From Candidatus Gottesmanbacteria bacterium RIFOXYB1_FULL_47_11 (lineage in GTDB: Bacteria > Patescibacteriota > Microgenomatia > UBA10105 > UBA927): a DNA stretch of 40,430 nucleotides. The position numbers and the translations under genes were made by a program. The stretch is taken from positions 1 to 40,430 of the forward strand of contig MFKE01000020.1 of assembly GCA_001779455.1 (NCBI GenBank), given 5' to 3'. The notes beneath the pieces are model-generated. The model was not told where the DNA came from. It made no database searches and saw only the letters and a list, made by a program, of their open reading frames with translations. The first letter of the stretch is position 1. Each line of letters begins with the position of its first letter. Shown piece by piece: positions 32,019-40,430 of the stretch.

Positions 32019-33725
32019 TTATTTGCGCTCGATATTGAAAAGAGAACTGCGGATTGAAATATATCCGGGTGCACGCAGATTAAACGCCTGCTTAAACTGA
32101 TCTCCGGGGATTGACTGACCGTTCACGATTACCGCGCTCGTATATCCCTCTGTGCTGTAGCTCACGGACACGGAAGATACGCTCGTGAATGCACCGCCAT
32201 GAGCATTTGCTTCCGCCCGCATTTCTGAAATTGAAAATGGGTTTCCGGAAGCACCGGAGATAGGACAGCTGGAAAGCGTCGTGGGCAACACCCGTGAAGC
32301 ATCGCCGCCGCCGGTTAATACTCTCCACGCGTTCAATATGTCAATAAATTCGTCCTGCGTTAGCCATGGGCTGGTTTTGCCGCACTTTGCGGAGTTATTG
32401 TAATAATCTGCGGTATACCACCCTTTGTAGAACCAGGGGGATCCGGCAATGCTTTCATACGCACCGCTTGTCCAACACCCCTGATTGCCGCATGTGGTGT
32501 CCCACCCCATCGTAAGCAAATATCCGCCTGTGGTAGAAGAATAATACGTCACGACGTCTTCGATAACCTGGCCTCTCGTCGATTGCACTGCCTCCCGCCA
32601 TTCACCCGGAGGGTTATCTGCTTTGGAACTTGAAAATACCTGACACGATTGCGTTGTACATATGGACTGTCCCTGCGTCTTGTAGCGATAGGCATAGCTT
32701 CTGGCGGCGATTGCCTGTGCTTTCAATGCTTCTGCCGGAAAACTTGCGGGCATTTCCGCAATACCCATCATGTACCGGTCTTCAAAATTCATAGATCCAA
32801 TTCCGGACACACTGATATCTCCACCCGTATCTTTTGATACCGGTGTTTTCCCGTAATACGCCTGTAAAATCTGGTTTGCATTTTGCCCCTGCTGCGCTCT
32901 TCCTTTTGCTCCGTATTGGCTCATGCCTTTTTTGTGTGTATATGCCCCGAACGAGAATCCGGCAAATGCCGGTGAAAATCCGGGGTTATAGTTGGGAGCA
33001 GCATTGGGATCATCCGCAAGCGGGACATCTCCCAGACTTGTGGTAAAAGTGCCGCTCCGGGCGGTAAGTATGGCTTGTTGTGCTGCCGTTACCGCGGTTA
33101 GTACGCCTCTGAGCTTCGTTTGGTACGCAGTAGCTTCCGCGACCAATTTGCGTACAGATATTGCCCGTTTGTCTGTGTCTGCCTTTAAGGCCGCAAGGGT
33201 CGCCTGTTCGCGTTCAAGTGCTGCCTTTTTATCCTCAAGACTCTTCACCGTCACTGCAGTCTGGGTAATCACTTTTTTATCCTCATTAACTGCCGCGTCC
33301 TGATACCCCATGGTCCGGAGCACTGATCCGATGCTTGTAGAAGAAAAAAATAAATACATCGGATTTGCCTTGTAGCTGCGGATATAAAATTTCCGGATTC
33401 GTTCACTTGCCAGTATTAGTGACCCTTCGAGCTCTTTTTCTCCGCGAGCAATTTCTATAGACTTCTGCGCAACACCCGCTTCCACCTGTTTAATGCGCGC
33501 CTGAAATGCTGCAATTGCCTTGTCCATCTTCTGCAACTCGTCAACGTGCGGACGGACCGCCGCTTCCATCTGGCTAAGCGCCGCATTGCAGGTGGCGCTT
33601 ATTCTCGTAAGCGCTTCCAAATTCATCTGGGAAATATTGGATGCGTCACACTCCTGTGCAAACACCGGCATGACCGGGAATGCCAATAATGCCATAAGGG
33701 ATAGTGAAAAAAATATCCGTTTCAT
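32019..33725 (-). CDS. SpoIID/LytB domain protein with N-terminal coiled coil
   Basis: Signal peptide and a coiled-coil region. SpoIID motifs: YMMGIAEMPASFPAEALKAQAIAARSYA, CTTQSCQVF and VVTYYSSTTGGY. Confidence 0.85.
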   Translation of the reverse strand: MKRIFFSLSLMALLAFPVMPVFAQECDASNISQMNLEALTRISATCNAALSQMEAAVRPHVDELQKMDKAIAAFQARIKQVEAGVAQKSIEIARGEKELEGSLILASERIRKFYIRSYKANPMYLFFSSTSIGSVLRTMGYQDAAVNEDKKVITQTAVTVKSLEDKKAALEREQATLAALKADTDKRAISVRKLVAEATAYQTKLRGVLTAVTAAQQAILTARSGTFTTSLGDVPLADDPNAAPNYNPGFSPAFAGFSFGAYTHKKGMSQYGAKGRAQQGQNANQILQAYYGKTPVSKDTGGDISVSGIGSMNFEDRYMMGIAEMPASFPAEALKAQAIAARSYAYRYKTQGQSICTTQSCQVFSSSKADNPPGEWREAVQSTRGQVIEDVVTYYSSTTGGYLLTMGWDTTCGNQGCWTSGAYESIAGSPWFYKGWYTADYYNNSAKCGKTSPWLTQDEFIDILNAWRVLTGGGDASRVLPTTLSSCPISGASGNPFSISEMRAEANAHGGAFTSVSSVSVSYSTEGYTSAVIVNGQSIPGDQFKQAFNLRAPGYISIRSSLFNIERK

Positions 33726-33803
33726 CGAAGCGTTTCAATTGTACCATGATTACCGGCGGCTTTCTTTTTCAAAGAGGCTTTGATAGACTTATACGTGTCA
33801 CGT

Positions 33804-34235
33804 ATGCGTAAACTATCCCTATTCATTGCGCTTGCAATTTTATTTTTTCTGGTTGTACCGTGGGCAAAACCCGTTTTTGCCGCAGATGACACGACAAGCG
33901 TGTGTCAGTTTGCGGGAAGCAAACAGAGTGAATGTGAGTCGTGTATGGGCGCAGGTACTGCTTCCTGGACTGCGTTCGGCTGCATCCAAACAGATCCCCA
34001 GCAATTTATCGGGGAGATACTCAGAATCGGTATCGGCGTCGGAGGCGGGATTGCATTTCTTCTTATTCTCTTCGGCGGATTTCAGATCATGACCAGCGCC
34101 GGCAACCCGGAACAGCTAACCGCCGGCCGGGAGGTAATCGGTTCTGCCATCACAGGACTTCTATTAATCATATTCTCGATATTTCTCCTGCGGCTTATCG
34201 GATATAATATACTGGAGATTCCGGGATTCGGATAA
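33804..34235 (+). CDS. TrbC/VirB2-like type IV secretion pilin family protein
   Basis: Signal peptide (ALAILFFLVVPWAKPVFA), a Cys-containing N-terminal region and two C-terminal TM helices flanking MTSAGNPEQLTAGREVI, the pattern of CPR T4SS-pilin-type proteins. ATG 33804 is preferred over the TTG at 33780. Confidence 0.6.
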   Translation: MRKLSLFIALAILFFLVVPWAKPVFAADDTTSVCQFAGSKQSECESCMGAGTASWTAFGCIQTDPQQFIGEILRIGIGVGGGIAFLLILFGGFQIMTSAGNPEQLTAGREVIGSAITGLLLIIFSIFLLRLIGYNILEIPGFG

Positions 34236-34237
34236 CT

Positions 34238-34600
34238 ATGATACACCACGTGCTTGCCCAAGCCATTCAGTTGCCGGGTCCAAACGACAGCTCTGTGCCC
34301 ATTGCATATCCCAATGAATTTAAAGGGTTTCTCTTCGAGGGACCCAAAGGAACCATCGGCAACATCATCAATACTGCTCTGCCGATTATCTTGGGCATCG
34401 CCGGACTTGCGCTTCTCCTTATGATTATTTTTTCGGGATTTTCCATGATGACCAGCGCGGGGGACGCTAAAAAAATGGAGGCGGGCAAACAGCGCCTTAC
34501 CAACGCGATTATCGGATTTATCATTATTTTCGGGGCGTATTGGGCTATTCAGATTGTCGGCATCATGTTCGGGACAAGTGTTACCACGGGATTTAATTAA
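34238..34600 (+). CDS. TrbC/VirB2-like type IV secretion pilin family protein (paralog)
   Basis: Same C-terminal architecture: LLLMIIFSGFSMMTSAGDAKKMEAGKQRLTNAIIGFIIIFGAYW. It starts 2 nt after the previous gene. Confidence 0.6.
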   Translation: MIHHVLAQAIQLPGPNDSSVPIAYPNEFKGFLFEGPKGTIGNIINTALPIILGIAGLALLLMIIFSGFSMMTSAGDAKKMEAGKQRLTNAIIGFIIIFGAYWAIQIVGIMFGTSVTTGFN

Positions 34601-34606
34601 TTCTTT

Positions 34607-35263
34607 TTACACTCCAAACCGCCGCTTCCGCTTTTCAAATTCTTCGATTGCCGCATCCAGCCGCGCGGGCGTAAAGTCGGGCATAAGAAACTCCGGAAAA
34701 TATAATTCGCTGTACTGGCCCTGCCAGAGTAAAAATCCGCTTAAGCGCTGCTCCCCGCCCGTGCGGATAATAAAATCCGGATCGGGAATACCGTGGGTGT
34801 CCAGATATTTTTCGAAATCGTTTTTATTTTTTGCCCGGCGGACGGCTCTCCTGATTTCATCACGTCCGCCGTAATTGAGCGCTATCGTTACCGTGATTTT
34901 TGTATTGTTTTTTGTTTTTTCGACGACGTCCCCGATGCTTGTGCGAAGCTCAGGGTCTATTCGTGATAAATCACCGATAACCTTCAGGCGCACGCCTTTT
35001 GCCATCATTTTCCTGCCAAATGGTCCCAGTCCCTGCTTTAAGATATACATAATACCTTTGACTTCGGACTGCGCCCTGCCCCAGTTCTCGGTCGAAAATG
35101 CCCAAAACGTCATATAGTTAATACCACGATCTGCTGCGTGCGCAACAAGTTGCTCCAGTACACGGTTTGCCACACGCCGATGCCCTTCCAAAATCGGCAG
35201 CCGGTGTTCTTTGGCCCACCGCCTGTTCCCGTCCATGACGACTGCGATATGTGTCGGTATCAT
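34607..35263 (-). CDS. uppS: undecaprenyl diphosphate synthase (cis-prenyltransferase)
   Basis: HIAVVMDGNRRWAKE, FSTENW and IRTGGEQRLSGFLLWQ. Confidence 0.95.
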   Translation of the reverse strand: MIPTHIAVVMDGNRRWAKEHRLPILEGHRRVANRVLEQLVAHAADRGINYMTFWAFSTENWGRAQSEVKGIMYILKQGLGPFGRKMMAKGVRLKVIGDLSRIDPELRTSIGDVVEKTKNNTKITVTIALNYGGRDEIRRAVRRAKNKNDFEKYLDTHGIPDPDFIIRTGGEQRLSGFLLWQGQYSELYFPEFLMPDFTPARLDAAIEEFEKRKRRFGV

Positions 35264-36168
35264 ATGATATGTGCGCCGGCCGCCGGCTTATTTATAATCA
35301 ACGTTCTCCCTTTCAATAATTCTACTACCCTAGCTTCATCTTTTCCCTCGCAAATCACATGCGCGTTGGGCCCGGCATCAATCGTAAAATATGCGGGTAC
35401 CGTGCGTTTCTTAACAAGCTCCATAATGTTCACTGTCTCGCCGGTCCAATAATAGAGCGGCGGGCTTTGGGTCTGCATCACATGATGCATATCCAAACAC
35501 TCTTCCTCAATTACCTCACCCAGCTCCTGAATATTCTTCTCATTCAGCGCTCGTTCCAGCCGCGCAATACGCCGGGGTAGTGCGTCCAACCGTTTGTGGA
35601 AAAACGGGCTTGTTGCCGCCTTATCATGGCCTTCTGATGAAGACACCTTTTTCGTTGTCGATTCTACCATCACGATAATATCCCGCACATCCCACCAATC
35701 CGGGGGATACAGCGAACGCGCATACTCCCCTTCCCATTTAACAAACCCGTCGGGAATACTCCGGCAGGCTGACCCCGAGCCAAGCCGGGCAAATGCAGCC
35801 AGCTCCCGCTCTGAAAGGCGGAGTCCCAATGCCGCTGCAGCCGCCACGGTAAGGGCGGCAAATCCGGAGGCGGACGAAGCAATCCCGGCAGACGCGGGAA
35901 AGCTATTGTGTGTCTCCACGCGGCAAAAAAGCGCGCTGCCTGCGCGCTCACGCAACCGGTTGAGATGAGCAGTAATCCGGGCTGCGTCAAATCCTTCTGA
36001 AATAACATCGTGTTTCAGCCCCGGGGAAAACTCGACCGTCGTTGTTGTGGTGCACGCGCTGAGATTCATTGAAATAGACGGGTTTGACGGGATGCGCAAC
36101 GCCGCATCGACACGGCCCCAGTATTTAATAAATGCAATATTCGCCGGTGCTATTGCGGTTGCTTTCAT
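35260..36168 (-). CDS. mvaD: diphosphomevalonate decarboxylase family protein
   Basis: APANIAFIKYWGR at the N-terminus and a GHMP motif (AGIASSASGFAALT). 302 aa. The sequence alone does not resolve the substrate (diphospho- versus phospho-mevalonate). Confidence 0.85.
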   Translation of the reverse strand: MKATAIAPANIAFIKYWGRVDAALRIPSNPSISMNLSACTTTTTVEFSPGLKHDVISEGFDAARITAHLNRLRERAGSALFCRVETHNSFPASAGIASSASGFAALTVAAAAALGLRLSERELAAFARLGSGSACRSIPDGFVKWEGEYARSLYPPDWWDVRDIIVMVESTTKKVSSSEGHDKAATSPFFHKRLDALPRRIARLERALNEKNIQELGEVIEEECLDMHHVMQTQSPPLYYWTGETVNIMELVKKRTVPAYFTIDAGPNAHVICEGKDEARVVELLKGRTLIINKPAAGAHII

Positions 36169-37514
36169 AGTATTCCCGCCTCCTGAAGGGATTTTGTTGC
36201 CGCATCCGTTAAGACAAGTTTTTTGCTTGCAACAAACAATGTAATCTCCCTTGGATCAAAAAAACGGATGTCTGCCACCTCCTGCGGGTCCGGGGTAAAC
36301 GGACCATCGCTTTTCCCTTTGTATAAAGCGACGCGTTCGGATTCCCCGCTATTTTCTATAATAAATTTCTTGAAAAAAACGAGCGGGGTATCAATGCCTA
36401 ATTCTTCCTGAAGCTCCCGGTGCACTGCTTCTTCGTCGGTTTGTCCGCGTGCAACATGACCGGCTGCGGATATTCCCCACATCCCCGCCTCCATGTCTTT
36501 GGTCATACTGCGCTTCTGCAAAAGCAGTTGCCCTTGCCTGTTAAAAATAAGCGCGCCGACCGTCCGATGAATAAGCGAATTGTCGCGGTGACATTCAAAG
36601 CGCGTTTTGTAGCCAAGAATGTTGTCGTTGCCGTCTACAACAATAAACATTTCATCCTGATTATCAGTGGTTTCCATGCGAACACCGGGGGCGTTTGGAG
36701 TCAGATGAACCACTTCTCCGCCCGCTTTTATAATCGCTTCTTCTACTGCTTGTCTCTTTTCACTTGGCGCCAGTGCAATCATACAGTCTCCCCCGCCTGC
36801 GCCGGAAAGCTTGGCGCCCCAGGCGCCCGCGTGCTTTGCAGCTGCAATGAGCGTTTCAAGCTTTTCCGAACTGACGCCGAGGTCGCGCAAATACTCCTGA
36901 TTAAAATCCATGAGCCGCCCCACCCGCTCCCAGTCACCCTCCAGCATTTTCGTTTTTGCATCTTCAACAATTTTTGCTATCGCCTGAAAAATCCGTTCTA
37001 CTTTTTCCGGCTCTTTTGTCCTTTTTGCCGCAACTCCCTCAACGAGTGTTTTTGTGTCTGCTTTTACCCCGGTGTATCCGACGATAAGCGGTATATCGTT
37101 CATCGCCAACGGTTCGGCAATTTTATTTTTTATGTAATACAACGTTCCGCCATAGGTTGCGGCGGCAACATCGAATCCGGATCCGGCGCCCTGGATGTCC
37201 AGCACGATTTTGTAAGCTGCGTCAAAAACTTGCGGGTCGGGCGCATCGGGTCGTAGATATTTTAATGCCGCAACGGTAACGGCGGAGGATGACCCAAGCC
37301 CATATTTGCCGGAAAAAGCACATGTTGCCGAAAGCGTTGTTTTGGAATCTCCCCATGCGGCAATTGCCTTATCAAGAAATCTGGTGTCGCCGGACGAGGT
37401 GCCATCCGTAACAAAAAGCCGCTCGCTCACTGCCGTTACAATGCACGGATATCCGTACACAACGGCGTGTTCACCCAGAAGCATTAATTTTCCCGGCGCG
37501 CTAGCGGTTTTCAA
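36165..37514 (-). CDS. fusion protein: mevalonate-kinase-like GHMP kinase + type 1 (Nudix) isopentenyl-diphosphate isomerase
   Basis: The N-terminal half has APGKLMLLGEHAVVYG, GLGSSSAVTVA and KLSGAGGGDC. The C-terminal ~170 aa has HRTVGALIFN and the Nudix box GHVARGQTDEEAVHRELQEELGI. I propose the start at TTG 37514, which is preceded by AAGGAG with a 6-nt spacer. The track start (37574) would overlap the upstream gene by 74 nt. Confidence 0.8.
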   Translation of the reverse strand: MKTASAPGKLMLLGEHAVVYGYPCIVTAVSERLFVTDGTSSGDTRFLDKAIAAWGDSKTTLSATCAFSGKYGLGSSSAVTVAALKYLRPDAPDPQVFDAAYKIVLDIQGAGSGFDVAAATYGGTLYYIKNKIAEPLAMNDIPLIVGYTGVKADTKTLVEGVAAKRTKEPEKVERIFQAIAKIVEDAKTKMLEGDWERVGRLMDFNQEYLRDLGVSSEKLETLIAAAKHAGAWGAKLSGAGGGDCMIALAPSEKRQAVEEAIIKAGGEVVHLTPNAPGVRMETTDNQDEMFIVVDGNDNILGYKTRFECHRDNSLIHRTVGALIFNRQGQLLLQKRSMTKDMEAGMWGISAAGHVARGQTDEEAVHRELQEELGIDTPLVFFKKFIIENSGESERVALYKGKSDGPFTPDPQEVADIRFFDPREITLFVASKKLVLTDAATKSLQEAGIL

Positions 37515-38376
37515 GCCGTACTCCTTCCTCGCCAAGAGTAATGGGAATAAAATCTTTTTGTTTCTGTTTTGCATAACACAAAAGATACCCGACGCCTTCT
37601 TTTCTCCCGCCTCCTCCTAATATTTTTGCCGCCCCGCCGGATTTTTCAATCCCGCGTATAATTGGAATTACTTTGGGGCTTACAACCCCTATGCCCTCCA
37701 GTGTTCTTTCCCCTTTTCGCATGGCATCAATGAGCACATTTTCATCATTCTCTTTGAGCGCAACTGCAATCCGTTTTGTTTGTACTTCGTTCTCGTCAAA
37801 ATAGTTCTGCATCTGAGACTTTTGACTTTTGACTTTTGACTTAACCATAGCAACCATTTCACCGGTCGTTTCTTCCGGCTTTCCCGTATCAATGACATAA
37901 AAATGGTGTAATTTCGGCGTAAACGGTAACTGCCATATGCTTTTGAGAAACTCCAATTCTTTCCGGTACCAGATGAGTCCGCCCATCGTCACCGCCGTAT
38001 TGTCTCCGCCCGACGGATTCCCGTGCTTGAGCTTTTCCGCCTCATACGCAAGCTGGTTAAAGAGCACCGGATTCCAGACGTTCTTGAGAAAATAGGAGGC
38101 GGCGGCAACCACTGCAACCGCAACCGCGGCCGACGAACCCAGATGATACCCCTCGGGAATTTCGGAATCTATGGTTATATGAAATTCTTTTTGAGCTTTA
38201 AAATGCTTTTGAACAATTGCAACACAATCCGCAACATATCCTACTGCATTATTGTTCCCGGCGCGCACTGTTACCGTCAGTCTTTTATTAATCGCCGCCA
38301 GAATTGCCGGCTTCCCGTACACGACAGCGTGTTCACCCATCAAATGAATTTTTCCCGGAACGGAAACGGTAATCAT
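37501..38376 (-). CDS. mvk: mevalonate kinase (GHMP kinase)
   Basis: VPGKIHLMGEHAVVYG, HLGSSAAVAVAVV and KILGGGGRKEG. 291 aa. Confidence 0.8.
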   Translation of the reverse strand: MITVSVPGKIHLMGEHAVVYGKPAILAAINKRLTVTVRAGNNNAVGYVADCVAIVQKHFKAQKEFHITIDSEIPEGYHLGSSAAVAVAVVAAASYFLKNVWNPVLFNQLAYEAEKLKHGNPSGGDNTAVTMGGLIWYRKELEFLKSIWQLPFTPKLHHFYVIDTGKPEETTGEMVAMVKSKVKSQKSQMQNYFDENEVQTKRIAVALKENDENVLIDAMRKGERTLEGIGVVSPKVIPIIRGIEKSGGAAKILGGGGRKEGVGYLLCYAKQKQKDFIPITLGEEGVRLENR

Positions 38377-38672
38377 AGCGGCTTTGCTTTAATCCCGTAC
38401 GGGATAACCCCTTCTGTCGGCGGATCACTAATGCGGCGCACGACGACTTTCACCTTGCGGCCGAACGCAAGATCTTTTTCTGACCAGTCAACCAGTTGGG
38501 CGGTAATCCGTTTTCCGCCTGCAAGTTCAACAATGGCCACGGGATACGGCGCAAGACCCGAAAAGCCAGAGGGCGGCACACGCACAATCGTCCAGGATAC
38601 AATACGCCCCTCCCGGGCAAGAAGACCCGCAATTCGTTGTTGATTCCGCCAAATTTTAACCGGTGAGTTCAT
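38373..38672 (-). CDS. DUF35 OB-fold protein (thiolase/HMGCS-associated), lacking the N-terminal zinc ribbon
   Basis: 99 aa. GRIVSWTIVRVPPSGFSGLAPYPVAIVELAGGKRITAQLVD is the DUF35 OB-fold pattern. It has 4-nt overlaps with both neighbours and contains no Cys residues. Confidence 0.7.
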   Translation of the reverse strand: MNSPVKIWRNQQRIAGLLAREGRIVSWTIVRVPPSGFSGLAPYPVAIVELAGGKRITAQLVDWSEKDLAFGRKVKVVVRRISDPPTEGVIPYGIKAKPL

Positions 38673-39820
38673 TTTTTTAATATGTGCACAACGGCAGTTG
38701 CGCCACTTCCTCCGACATTATGCGTTAAGCCGATGTTCGCATTTTTTACCTGCCTATCTGCGGCCCGGCCACGGAGCTGCTCCACAATTTCCGCTACCTG
38801 TTTAATTCCCGTTGCTCCCACCGGATGCCCGCACCCTTTCAGCCCGCCGGAGGGATTGACCACCAGATTTTTTGATGTGCCAAGGCGAGTTTCTCCTTTT
38901 GCAATGGCACCCGCGGCTTTCCCTTTTTTATAAAATCCCAGATCTTCCATAGCGAGTATCTCGGCAATGGTAAAACAGTCATGTACTTCTGCAACATCAA
39001 TGTCGGCGGGTGTGATCCCGGTAATCCTGAATGCTTTTTTCCCTGCCGTTTGCGTTGCTGCCAACCCGGTTAAACTCCGGCGCTCTGCCAGCCCGAGGGT
39101 ATCGGTTGCTACTGTCGACGCAATAATTTGAACAGAATTCTTTCTTGTCGCTTGCTTCTTATCGCTTGTAATTATGACCGCTGCCGCTCCGTCGGAAATC
39201 GGTGAACAATCAAGTAATTTTAAGGGATCGGCAATACAGGAGCTGTGCATTACCTGCTCGATGGTAATAGACGAGTGGAATTGCGCATTGGGGTTAAGGG
39301 ATGCATGGAAGTGATTTTTGACGGCAACTGCGGCAAGATCTTCTTCCGTAGTCCCGAATTCTTTCATATGTGCGCGCGCCAAAATTGCGTACAGCCCGGG
39401 AAATGTGGCGCCCGCCTGCCGCTCTTCGTCGCTGCCGGCGCCCATCAGCGCAACAGCTACATCTTCCGGTTTATGATCGGTCATCTTTTCTACGCCGAGG
39501 GCGACAACCGTCTCATACTGCCCGGAAAGCACGCTGTTGACTGCATTGTGGAGCGCAAGGCCGCCGGATGCGCATGCGCCTTCAATTTTAAATGCTGCAG
39601 CGGAAAGCCCTAATTCTTCCGCAAAAAACGCACCAAGATGTTCCTGCCCCCCGAGCATACCCGAGAGCATGTTGCCGACAAACAATGCCTGAATATGTTT
39701 TTTATCCAACGAGGCATCTGCCAGTGCCTTTTGGACCGCTTCCCCTGCCAGATGGCGGGGCGACACCGCCCACAATTCCCCGAATTTCGTTGTTGCTGCT
39801 CCTGTCACATATATTTTCAT
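38669..39820 (-). CDS. thiolase (acetyl-CoA acetyltransferase, archaeal/SCP-x type)
   Basis: Active-site Cys context IEGACASGG, C-terminal GGLKGCGHPVGATG and NVGGSGAT. 383 aa. Confidence 0.9.
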   Translation of the reverse strand: MKIYVTGAATTKFGELWAVSPRHLAGEAVQKALADASLDKKHIQALFVGNMLSGMLGGQEHLGAFFAEELGLSAAAFKIEGACASGGLALHNAVNSVLSGQYETVVALGVEKMTDHKPEDVAVALMGAGSDEERQAGATFPGLYAILARAHMKEFGTTEEDLAAVAVKNHFHASLNPNAQFHSSITIEQVMHSSCIADPLKLLDCSPISDGAAAVIITSDKKQATRKNSVQIIASTVATDTLGLAERRSLTGLAATQTAGKKAFRITGITPADIDVAEVHDCFTIAEILAMEDLGFYKKGKAAGAIAKGETRLGTSKNLVVNPSGGLKGCGHPVGATGIKQVAEIVEQLRGRAADRQVKNANIGLTHNVGGSGATAVVHILKK

Positions 39821-40430
39821 ATTTTATGGGTATTTTTCAGATACCCGAGATAATCCACATATTCTTTGTTTTCAATTTGTTGTTGTACAGATCTTTGATT
39901 CCTGACGTTTGACGCTTGATACTTCAACAACTCCCCCGTTACCTGCCATACAAATCCGTCTGCTCCCGCACCGGAACCGTAGGAAACCATAAATATTTTT
40001 TGCCCCGGGCGGGCAATGTCCAGTACCGCGGAAAGCCCGAGCATCGTCGATGCAGAATAGGGATTACCGATGTGATCAACCGTCAGCGAAGGAACGATTT
40101 GTTTTTGCGTAAACCCGAGCCTGCCCGCCACCTGGCGGGGAAACTTTCCGTTGGGCATATGAAATACGCAGTAGTCAAAATCCGCCGGTTTCATATGCGT
40201 CATTTCAAGAAGCCGTTTTGATGCGCCCATTACGTGCGCAAAATATGCAGGCTCACCGGTAAACCGTCCGGCATGCGACGGATAGCGGATACCGTCCCTC
40301 CGCCAAAAATCCGGGGTGTCGGAGGAGTAGGATGTATCCGCAAGAAGATTTGCAATACAATGCTCGCGTGACATGATAAATGCCACGCCGCCGGCGCCTG
40401 ACGTGTATTCCATCACATCATGCGGCTTGC
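39817..40430 (-). CDS. hydroxymethylglutaryl-CoA synthase, archaeal type (N-terminus outside window)
   Basis: TSGAGGVAFIM...DTPDFWRRDGIRYPSHAGRFTGEPAYFAHV...DYCVFHMPNGKFP...GNPYSAS...VSYGSGAG closely follows archaeal-type HMGCS. The frame is open to the window edge. Confidence 0.9.
   Translation of the reverse strand, partial: KPHDVMEYTSGAGGVAFIMSREHCIANLLADTSYSSDTPDFWRRDGIRYPSHAGRFTGEPAYFAHVMGASKRLLEMTHMKPADFDYCVFHMPNGKFPRQVAGRLGFTQKQIVPSLTVDHIGNPYSASTMLGLSAVLDIARPGQKIFMVSYGSGAGADGFVWQVTGELLKYQASNVRNQRSVQQQIENKEYVDYLGYLKNTHKI

Noticed and set aside
36420-37256. 278-aa plus-strand ORF, and similar long antisense ORFs at 38023..38643, 35594..35968 and 39245..39613
   Set aside because: All are antisense to strongly motif-supported mevalonate-pathway genes. 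Their Cys/Arg/Phe-rich compositions are typical of shadow ORFs in GC-rich coding DNA.
1-40430. CRISPR arrays, rRNA genes, IS-type transposases, diversity-generating retroelements
   Set aside because: I saw no regularly spaced direct repeats, no rRNA-like conserved blocks, no DDE/transposase or reverse-transcriptase motifs in any track ORF, and no template/variable repeat pair.

Overview
The window is a compositional mosaic, judged by eye and not computed. Two AT-rich accessory blocks (1 to ~17.7 kb and ~20.0 to 28.5 kb) interrupt GC-richer housekeeping DNA (~17.7-20.0 kb and ~28.4-40.4 kb). The housekeeping DNA looks bacterial and Patescibacteria/CPR-like, which is an inference.

Both AT-rich blocks end on their right side with a large serine recombinase gene. 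Each recombinase gene sits next to the 3' end of minus-strand RNA genes: tRNA-Ser(CGA)/tRNA-Arg(GCG) for block 1, and ssrA (tmRNA, with smpB) for block 2.

Block 1 carries:
- phage packaging genes: a partial DNA methylase, an HTH/small-terminase-like ORF and a large terminase
- an XRE regulator
- a cobalamin-riboswitch-controlled nrdDG cassette, bracketed by a duplicated Fur/Zur promoter-operator-5'CDS segment
- a zur-znuABC-zupT zinc module
- a DUF5320-DUF134-YibE/F-EncFtn-thioredoxin-DsbA/CcdA-like operon

Block 2 carries:
- a small-terminase-like gene with no large terminase
- a tightly packed three-gene locus that fits the computationally predicted ABC-three-component (ABC-3C, DUF2326 ATPase) conflict system. 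This is my best candidate for the interesting system.
- a membrane/CAP-domain operon
- DUF5659, a small coupled ORF and the second serine recombinase

The host-like DNA encodes:
- four tRNAs, thiamine pyrophosphokinase and ComF
- smpB-ssrA, SpoIID, two T4SS-pilin-like proteins and UppS
- a mevalonate-pathway operon with an archaeal-type HMGCS/thiolase/DUF35 trio, two mevalonate-kinase-like GHMP kinases (one fused to a Nudix-type IDI) and a diphosphomevalonate decarboxylase

I saw no rRNA, CRISPR array or IS-type transposase.
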